Below the pieces are notes generated by a model. It was not told the DNA's origin and searched no databases. It saw only the letters and a list, made by a program, of their open reading frames with translations. A stretch of 64,000 bases of DNA from Felis catus (Eukaryota): NCBI RefSeq assembly GCF_018350175.1, contig NC_058380.1, positions 1,054,001 to 1,118,000 of the forward strand, in the 5' to 3' direction. Within the stretch, counting starts at the first letter, position 1. Each line of letters begins with the position of its first letter. Made by a program: the position numbers and the translations under genes. Below are positions 51,020 through 60,164 of the stretch, piece by piece.

Positions 51020-51300
51020 GTGGGGGAGGAGGGCTGGGAGAGGGAGGGGAGGAGGGAGGAGGGGGGAGGAGGAGGGGGGCATGGGGAAGCGGGTGAGATG
51101 GTGGAGGGAGGGGGAGAGGGAGAGAAGGAGGGAAGGGAGGGAGAGAAAGAGGGAGAAGGAGGGAAGGGGCGGGGACTCTGGAGGGAGGGAAGGGGAAGGA
51201 GGAGGGGAGGGGGTTGGGGAAGGGGGACAGATAGTGGAGGGAGAGGGAGGGCGGGAGGAGAGAGGGGGGAGGGATGAGGGGACGAGGAGGAAGGAAGAGA
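51020..51300. repeat. Polypurine (G/A) tract
   Basis: About 280 nt almost entirely G and A on +. Confidence 0.85.
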
Positions 51301-52474
51301 ACGGAAACAGGGAAGTGGTTAAGTCAGGATGCTTACCTCAGTGGTTCCCTATGAACTGACACCTCACCTGACCCTCAGTGAGACGATAGCAGGTGGCCTC
51401 ACTCCAAGGAGAGACTTCTGTGTTTCTGAAAATGGCTCTCCTTCCAGCGTGTATGGCTTTGCTTGTGCTGCTCCTTTTGCCTATAAATTCCCTCCGGAAA
51501 GACACCAGTAAGCAACTGTTAAGTTCCACCTGATACCTATAAATAATGTTTAAAATTTTAATGTGCTGAAACCAACGCTAATAATGTTCTGAAGAGGTTA
51601 AGTAGCTTGGGTGCTAGTAACAGATCTAGAGCTCAAAGACTTAACTCATGCAGGATCTTCCTCTAAATGAAACAAGGCTGGAATTAGGAAATCCAAGGCT
51701 AGCACGACTCCTCCACTCTGCTATTGGGGATTTTTCTTCTCTGTCTTGCATCATGTGGAGTTTCCATCCTCAGAGTAGCCTCACGGCCCAAGATGGCTGC
51801 TGGAGATCCCACCATCCACGCAAGAAGCAGGCAAAAGGGGGCTCGTTTCCCATTGTCTGTCTCCTCTTAAGGAGCTTTGCGGACGACTCAATAAATTGTG
51901 CGTACATTTCACTGGCGGCAGCTTGCTGCAGGGTGGGCTGGGCAAATTGCTCCCCAGAATAAAGCCTGAACTCATGTCCTGAGGGACGTGGGTGGGTGAT
52001 CTGTGTCATCTGCCACAGGCGGGCAGACAAATGCAGTGGCCGACACCTTCTGGAAGGCAAACAGTCACAAACCTATCAGGGGGACTAGAAAAGAATGTCC
52101 ATTCTACTAGATTGCAAGTGTCTGTGTCTTTGGGAAACAACATGTATATGCACGAGCACAGTCATCGTCCAGTAGTCACTGAACATGGCAATCTGAAATA
52201 AATTTCTAACGGGGAAACACACGGATGTACCAGGTGACACCCTCGTGCTGAGAGAGCCTGTCCGTCACGGTAAACGTCACTGGTGAAGGACACCTAGTAA
52301 CACAGAACAGTGCTCACAACATAACTTCAGAGAAAGGACAGAATATCGAAATATGCTTTATCATGATCACAAGTTACCAGTGTCTGTTTGAGGCTGGAGA
52401 TAGGCTGGCCTCAAGGGCGAGATTTTCTTTTTAAACATTGCAAAAGCTTGTTACACACACACACACGTTCTTCC

Positions 52475-52950
52475 TTTTATTTTTTTAAATGTTTATTTTT
52501 GAGAGAGAGCACGAGCGGGGGAGGGGCAGCGAGAGAGGGAGACACAGAATCCGAAGCAGGCTCCAGGCTCCGAGCTGTCAGCACAGAGCCCGACGTGGGA
52601 TTTGAACCCTACAACCACAAGACCATGACCTGGGCCAAGGTCGGACGTCCAACTGACTGAGCCACCCAGGCGTCCCACAAACATTCTTTATATAAAATGA
52701 TTTACAACATTTATATAAAACATATAAACATTAAAATTTTATGCAAATGCTAAAATATAGTATAATCTAAATAATAGTTAATAAAATACATAAATAATAA
52801 ACTAATATAGTAATTAAGCAACATAATATTAAATAGAATTTAGAAGGGAAGGTAAGAGGGGTGCCGGACGGTGGACCCTGCGACTCTTGACCTCGGGGTT
52901 GTAGGTTCAAGACCCGCTTGGGTGTAGAGATCACTTATTTTAAAGAAAAG
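52475..52950. mobile_element. CAN-SINE (-, 52475-52676), AT-rich spacer and short SINE (+, about 52858-52950)
   Basis: SINE motifs. 52685-52840 is very AT-rich. Confidence 0.8.
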
Positions 52951-53350
52951 AAAGCAAAGGCAAGGGTAGAAGCGGGAATGACTCCCTGCTGTGGGAGCAG
53001 GGGCGTTTCCCAATGAGCGTCATCGGTGAGAGCCACTCTGGGGCCTCGTCGTGGGTGAGGGTCTTGCTTTTGCATCTGGGGCTCAGCCGCGGTGCTCTGG
53101 GTGACCCCCTCCCCGTGCATGACCCCCCCCCCTCCGCTCCTGTTGGGGGTCCGGAGCCCCCAGACTGGCGAACAGGGTATATGCGAGCCCTCCTAATGCC
53201 CAGGCCTAGAGCCAGCCACTGAGGCTGCAGCCACGTCCGCTGACCACAGTAAGTGAGAGGGCCGATCCCCAGATCAGCGTGGCGGGAGAGGGAGCTCCAC
53301 CCCGTGGGAGGGAACGCGTGGTCACGTCTACTGTAATTGAAACCACCCCA

Positions 53351-53570
53351 GGGGCGCCTGGGTGGCGCAGTCGGTTAAGCGTCCGACTTCAGCCAGGTCA
53401 CAATCTCGCGGTCCGGGAGTTCGAGCCCCGCGTCGGGCTCTGGGCTGATGGCTCGGAGCCTGGAGCCTGTTTCCGATTCTGTGTCTCCCTCTCTCTCTGC
53501 CCCTCGCCCGTTCATGCTTTGTCTCTCTCTGTCCCAAAAATAAAATAAAAAACGTTGAAAAAAAAATTTA
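53351..53570 (+). mobile_element. Young feline CAN-SINE
   Basis: Near-consensus and CpG-rich, same subfamily as 906-1141. Confidence 0.95.
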
Positions 53571-53589
53571 AAAAGAACACATTTAAAAA

Positions 53590-53785
53590 ATTGTTTTTTA
53601 ATTTTTTTTTTTTTTTGAGAGAGAGAGAGGAAGGGGCAGAGAGCGAGGGAGACACAGAATCCGAAGCAGGCTCCAGGCTCCGAGCTGTCAGCACAGAGCC
53701 CGACGTGGGCTTGAACCCAAGAACCACAAGATTGTGACCTGAGCCGAAGTTGGATGCTTAACCGACTGAGCCACCCAGGTGCCCC
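53590..53785 (-). mobile_element. CAN-SINE, tail-to-tail with the previous copy
   Basis: T tail at 53590-53616, head ends at 53785. Confidence 0.92.
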
Positions 53786-54448
53786 CTTGATTATTGCTTT
53801 TTAAGCCACTAACTCTTAGGGCCATCTGTCTCACAGCGATACTAAAACTGTATTTGGGTCCCGAGGCCAAGCTGCTCTGTGGTGTCAGATAACCCCCAGC
53901 ATCTTGGAGGCCGGCCCAGTAGGATTTGTGTCGCACTCAGCACGTGTGATATGCTTGTCACGGAGGGACCCAGCGTATTCCACCCTAATGCCAGGTCACC
54001 TCCTGTCCCTTCCAGTGGTGAGAATAGTCGCACCTACGTGGCCAAGAGCATAATGGTATAAACTCACCATCGTCTCCGCCTCTGTGAATCACAAGAAACC
54101 TGGATGGCTGCTACTTATTTTTAAAAAATAACCTCAGAGCCGAAGACATATTGAAACCATGATTCACAGCTTTTTACTTCCTATAGAATATCGAAAACCT
54201 TTTTTTGAAAAACAAGCCTGAATGTGTCCAAACTTCCACAGTTGCTAGAAGACAACCATAAACACAGCTGCTTGTCTGCACGGCTGTGTGGTGATTATAC
54301 ATCCAGGCCTTCACTATAGTCCTAGATCCTGACCCCAATTGTGCTGTCTGTTCTAAGGACATATCCTTTAACATGGCTAACATGTGTGTTCAGTTCACCG
54401 CGGCGTTGTCTGAAGGAACAAAGAATTGTAGGCAACGTAGCAGATGCC

Positions 54449-55262
54449 AGGGGAGGCCCTGGGTGGTGGCCTGTCTGGGGTGGCCCATCCAGGGTGGCCT
54501 GTCCAGGGTGGCCTGTCCAGGGTGGTTCATCTGGGGTGGCATGTGTGGGGTGGCCTGTCCAGGAGGCCTGGGTGGTGGCCCGTCTGGGGTGGCCTATCCG
54601 GGAAGCCCAGGGGGTGGCCATCTGGGGTGGCCTATCTGGGGTGGCCTGTCTGGGGTGGCCTGTCCAGGGTGGTCTGTCCAGGAGGCCCAGGGGGTGGCCC
54701 GTCTGGGGTGGCCTGTCTGGGGTGGCCTGTCCGGGAGGCCCAGGGGGTGGCCTATCTGGGGTGGCCTATCTGGGGTGGCCTGTCTGGGGTGGCCCGTTCA
54801 GGTGGCCTGTCTGGGGTGGCCTGTCCGGGAGGCCTGGGTGGTAGCCCGTCCAGGGTGGCCTATCTGGGAAGCCCGGGGGGTGGCCCATCTGGGGTGGCCC
54901 GTCTGGGGTGGGCTGTCCGGGGTGGCCTGTCCGGGAGGCCCAGGGGGTGGCCTGTCTGGGGTGGCCCATCTGGGGTGGGCTGTCTGGGGTGGCCTGTCCG
55001 GGAAGCCCAGGGGGTGACCCATCTGGGGTGGCCCGTCTGGGGTGGGCTGTCCGGGGTGGCTTGTCCGGGAGGCCCAGGGGGTGGCCTGTCTGGGGTGGCC
55101 CATCTGGGGTGGCCTGTCTGGGGTGGCCTGTCCGGGAGGCCTGGGTGGTGGCCCGTCCAGGGTGGCCTATCCGGGAAGCCCAGGGGGTGGCCCATCTGGG
55201 GTGGCCCATCTGGGGTGGCCTATCTGGGGTGGCCCGTCCGGGTGGTCCATCCGGGGAGGCCC
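54449..55262. repeat. G-rich minisatellite, 14-bp core GGGGTGGCCTGTCT with higher-order blocks
   Basis: Dozens of GGGGTGGCC(T/C)(G/A)TC(T/C) units interspersed with GGGAGGCCCAGG. Confidence 0.97.
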
Positions 55263-56744
55263 GTGGTGCAGCCACAGCACACAGCGCTCCCAGGGCGGCC
55301 CCTCACAGCAGACGCCGTGGTGCTGGGGGAAAGGCCACGGGTGAGATCACTGCAGGGAGGTGAACGGTGACACAGAGATGCTGAGATGCTGACTGAGGTT
55401 TCCTCTGGGGGGCGGGATGGGGTCTTCCTCTCTCTACCTTTGCTGGCTGGCAAGCTCTCTCCAGCCGCACGTGGCGGCTTTGTAGGCCTGCGGGCCTCGT
55501 CCCGTGTCTGTCACAGACGGTTCTTCGTGTACCCTCCCACTATTCCATAAGCAGACGAAAATGTAAAATACGAGACTTAAAAGGTGATGCTGGTGCTTTT
55601 GATCCCTAATCAAAGGCATGTCTGTTGGCTTCACTGTCCCCAGCTGGTGACATCTTCCCAGCATTTGAAGCTTCCCCAGGAGCGGGTGCAGGTGGGGACA
55701 CGGGCCAGGCAGGAGTGGGGATGCTTTGGAGAGCACCAGGAGTCGGGTCCCGTGTCCCCCGGCTCCTGGGAGCTGCCCACTCAGCCTAAAACCAGACCTC
55801 CCCCTAAGGCTGGGACATCCCCCACTTCACTGGCCCTGGATGCTCCTGTGGCCTCAGGCCATTGTTTACTTCTCTGAACCTTATAGGGGAGACCCCATGA
55901 TGGAGCCCTGTCCCTGAGCCTGGGTGCTGAGGAGCGCTGACCTGTGACCCTGGTGGCTGGCGTCCTGGAGTAGGAGGGGCCAGCCTGCACGCAGCCCCCA
56001 CAACAAGCCAGGATGTAGATGCCATTATCCTATTTTACGGACGAGGAAACTGAGGCCCAGAGGTGGTACAGCCGGTGGGTGGAGGGGAGGGCTTGAGACC
56101 CTAGAGGCCCCCAGAGTGTTCTCACGTGGTGGCTGTGAGCGGGTGGGGGTCCCCAGCTCCACACTGGTGTAGGCCGTGCTCACAGGACGGGAACCGGGGC
56201 CACCATCAGAGCTCAGACTTCAGACCAGCCCCGGGGGGAGTCGGGGTGGCCAGAGTCACTGTGCCGGGTGGGGCCGGGAGCTGCACTGGTAGCTCCCAGG
56301 GAGGAGACGACAGGGTGGCTGACGTGCCCCGGAAGGACCGAGGGCCAGGGAGGGCCATGGGTGTCAGCAGGGGGAGCTGTCTGACAGTGGCCAGGCTGTG
56401 GTGTGCCCAACGTCCCCCGAGGCGCTTGGCCTTGGCTCGGGGCCCGTGGGAACCTGGGGCGGGTCCGGAGGCCGGAGACCTGAGACAGACAGTCGTGGGG
56501 GGAGCCGGAAGCTGCAGCCTGATCACCGTGGGCTCTGGGCCAGGGTCCACACGTGACGGTCCGTCTGGCTCCACGGGTCGGAAGGAGGCTGTGGGGCGCT
56601 GTACTCAGGGTCTTGGCCGGTAAGCTGTCCTTCTAACGTGGAGCCACTTCCCATCCACCACCGCCTGGCAGCGAGGGGACACGAGATCGCTGCCTCACCC
56701 CACGGCCGTGTTCGCCGTCACAGACACTTAGGACACAGGAAAGA

Positions 56745-56930
56745 TTCAGAAGAGAAGAGGGGAGGAGAAAGATGGAAACAAGGGGGAATGGGGACAGAGA
56801 GACAGGGAGAGACAGGGAGAGACAGACAAGGACAGAGACAGAGAAGGAGAGACAGGGAGAGAGAAAGATGAAGAGAGACAGAGAGGGAAAAAGATGAGAA
56901 AGAGACAGAGGGAGGGGGGGAAAGGGGGGC
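56745..56930. repeat. GA-rich simple repeat (gagaca/gaga)
   Basis: Visible directly in the sequence. Confidence 0.8.
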
Positions 56931-58218
56931 GGCTTAGACACCCCTGTTCCCCCTCACTGTGTGAGTCGTTGCCCTTTGACGCCTCCGCGCACCTGCTCTG
57001 AGCCTCCAGAGAGCGGGCATGGGGTGACTGGCCTGGGGGGGGGGTGTTGTGTAACAGGGTTCTGGCCCCAGTGACACGGGGAGCTCCTGCAGGTGGTCCT
57101 GTGTCAGGTTTCCTTGACCTGGGGCTCACCTCTCCCCTGTGGCCACTGGCCCCGGTGCCCAGCTCCCCCACTGGGGCGCCAGCTCCCCCTTCGGCACCGT
57201 GCACAATGCCACCGAGGCCAGCGAGGCAGAGTCACCAGCCTCAGCGGGGCCAGGTGGGGTCTTCGAGGCCACCCCGGGAGAGGGACAGGAAGCCACCAAC
57301 ACGAGGTCTGCTTGCACTGCCTGCCCTTGCCCTGGGTGTCTAAAACACATCCACGGAGGACCTCAGAAGCTCCTTCTCTTTAAAAGCTTCCAGTCGTGTT
57401 TGAAAATGGCAGTGTTTATTTCTCTGCCATTCTTACGCTTTCCAGAAATTGTTTAAAACACATGTTCTGATAGAATGGTTGTGGATGACCTTTGTCTTCC
57501 TTCCCTCTACACTGGGCTCCTGGCCCAGCCCAGCCAGGGGTGGAGGGGGCACCTGACTCCTGGCAGACGGGCCCCAGGGGCAGCACGAGCCTGTGGTCAC
57601 ACAGACGACAGTCAGGGAGATGCTCGCCTTCACCCCGCAACATCAGGGAAGTAGTGAAGGCAGCATCACAAGTGCTGGGCCTGCAATCATGTCCTCCCCC
57701 GCTGGCCTGCAGCCTGACGGCGGCCAGAGAACTCATGGCACAAACCAGATTCTCAGATCCCATCACTAGATCAGACCTGGGCAGCTGCTCTCTCCTTCAC
57801 AGACTTGATTTTTCTGGAAAGTGGCTCGGGATATTCTTGGCCTTCTCCACAGGGTTCCTGCCTCATGGTCAAAGCGCAGCTGCCACAGCTCCAGGCATCA
57901 CGTCTGTGTGCAGGCCAGGAGAAACAGGGAGGAGCCACTAGCCATACGTACTCCCATTTTTCCTGAAAGCAAAAGCCCTGAATGTCCCCAGCAGACGGCT
58001 TTCTAGCCCCCAGGGCCACTCCTCACTTCGAGAGAGGCTGGGAAATGCGGTACAGAATCCACCCAGTCTTGACCCACGCCTGGGCTGAGTATGTTGTCCC
58101 TGGAGCAGACACTTCTACTGCATATCCATGCTTTCTCTCCTGACTTTTAGTAACAGAACCCCCTCCATTTTACCTGGATTACCCCCAATAAAGACCCATC
58201 TCCCCATTTCCTTTGCAG

Positions 58219-58539
58219 TGTAAACATTAGTAGCAGGAAACGGCACAAGCTGGAGTCAGGAGGCCCCACCAGTGGGGGTCGGTCGCGACCTCGCGGCCGC
58301 CAGCAGCTCCGCCAATGAGAAGCCACCACACTCCCGGTGTCCTCCAATGGACGTTGAGTTCATAACGACCTTCCGAAGTCACCTCTTCTCTCCTTGAAAA
58401 AGCGCACCTGTCCCTTGTTGCCCAGACTCGCCTACGGTTTTGCCGCCGCGTGTCGTCCTGGGTTCAATTCTCTTTTGTTTCCGAATCAGCCCTTGTTTTG
58501 CTGGTAAAGTAACGGGCGGTTTTACTTGCAAGGTTGACA
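58219..58539 (+). mobile_element. Solo LTR of a class I ERV, related to the LTR at 59731-60164
   Basis: TG...CA ends (tgtaaacatt...aggttgaca). Aligns block by block to the reverse complement of 59731-60164. Confidence 0.75.
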
Positions 58540-58859
58540 ATGGCAGGCGTGCCCACGTGACCCCCCTCCTCCCCCTCCCCCGCTCCCCTCCCCCCTGCCC
58601 CGGGCTAGATGGGAGCTGGCGGAGCCTCCGGGAGGCCTGGACGCAGGCCCGGCCGTCCGCCCGTCTGCCCTGCAGCAGAGGGGACGCCACCCCAAGGCCA
58701 TCCCCGACCTGCCCAAGGTCTTCAGCGTCTCCTCTGGCAAGACGGTGAGTCCCTCGCCAGGCCGGGCCCGGCCCCAGGGCCTGCCTCTCAGGGCTCCGGC
58801 TTGGGACGTGACCCCCGGGGACCGGGCTGGACGGGGAGGGACGGGCCCCGGATGTCAGC

Positions 58860-59470
58860 GTTCGGTTGTGACTCGTACAACTGGAGAAGTGTATACACGG
58901 ACAATCGGGAATAGCGGCATCCCCGGAAAGCTCCGCCGGGCCCTTTGCAGGCACGGCCTGTCCCCCTCCCGCCGAGGAGGCCACCGTGGTTCAGTTCGTT
59001 TAGTTTCGCCTGTTCTGGAATCACAAGGAAGTGAATGTCTATTATGTATCCGGCGTCTTTCGCTCACAAAACGTTTCCTTGGTGGTGTTGGTGGGTCGGG
59101 AGCTCGTCCTTTGTCGCCCGGGCTGGACTGGAGGGCGGTGCGGGCCCCAAGGCGCCGGTGGGGAGCGGTTCCGAATGAAGCTGTGATCACGCCCAGGTAA
59201 ACACGCTGTCACCCTCCTGGGCGGACAGTGGAATTTCTGGGAAGTGCGTGGTCAGCGTGCAAGACACTGCCCGTGAAGCACCCCCAACACTGGCTGCTTG
59301 GTTCAGGTGTTCGGGCTCTCTGATGGGTGTGCAGGGCTGTCTCATTGAGGTGCAGAGATCAGTGGCACTTTGAGGTGCCCCAGTAGCCCCTTGTGCATCT
59401 TTTCCGGTGAGGTGTCTATTCAAGTCTGTGGCTCATTTTAAAATTTGGGTTATTCATTGTTTTAGCCTTG
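58860..59470 (-). mobile_element. Ancient L1 3' fragment
   Basis: gtgtctattcaagtctgtggctcattttaaaatttgggttatt and related L1M motifs. Confidence 0.55.
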
Positions 59471-59488
59471 GTTTTTAAAGGCCTTCTT

Positions 59489-59695
59489 GGGGCGCCTGAG
59501 TGGCTCAGTCGGCTAAGCGTGGGACTCTTGATTTCGGCTCAGGTCATGATGTCACATTTGGTGAGTTCAAGCCCCAAGTCGGGCTCTGTCATGACAGCGC
59601 TGATCCTGCTTGGGATTCTCTGTCTCCCTCTCTCTATGCCCCTCCCCTGCTTGCTTTGTCTCTCCCTCTCTTTCAAAATAAAACTTTAAAAAGTT
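59489..59695 (+). mobile_element. CAN-SINE
   Basis: Head, CT tract and AATAAA tail. Confidence 0.9.
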
Positions 59696-59730
59696 TTAAA
59701 GTCATTCTTTACTTATTATACGCACATATC

Positions 59731-60164
59731 TGTTGATCTGAAAAATAAAAGTTACTTGCCAGCAAAAAAAATGGATTTATTTGGGAATAGCAGAGAGTTG
59801 CAATCTGAGACCACCAAACTATGGTAAAACCACCGCCCGTCCAACAAGCAAAACAGAGAAACATTTTACCGGGAAGGTGTAGGAAGTTGGGAGGGGCTGT
59901 TTTGAAGAAAAGTCCGTTGGAGGAAAGCGGGAGTTCTGGGTGGTGAGGTTTCTCGCTGGTGACCTGCAGGAGTGGTTGTTTCTTGCAGGAGACGCGGGGA
60001 ACAGCCTACCTGTCCCGGGGCCTGTCACCGAGGGTTCTCTCCAGCTGAGATGTGGGGTCGGTCTGGAAGGGACACCGGGGGACGCGGAGAGGTGTGCTGG
60101 GAGAGCTCCCCCTGCTGGCCTCCTTGCTCCACGTCAGTGAGGTGGCCTTTTGTTAATTTTCACG
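59731..60164 (-). mobile_element. 3' LTR of a degenerate class I ERV
   Basis: On -, polypurine tract AAAAGGAGGAAA (60176-60165), then (c)gtgaaaattaac...AATAAA (59781-59776)...gatcaaCA. Confidence 0.8.

Noticed and set aside
54449-55262. Possible CRISPR-like array (also considered for 38796-38981 and 33511-33634)
   Set aside because: Head-to-tail repeats without unique spacers, no cas genes, mammalian context.
54341-55370. Long ORFs of 167-308 aa with GWPVWGGLSGVAC repeats that look like a repetitive protein
   Set aside because: They are translations of a stop-free 14-bp minisatellite, open in all frames, with no promoter or splice support.
58540-58560. TGG just after the solo LTR as a primer-binding site
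   Set aside because: TGGCAGGCGTGCCC does not match any tRNA 3' end I recognise, and no gag follows.
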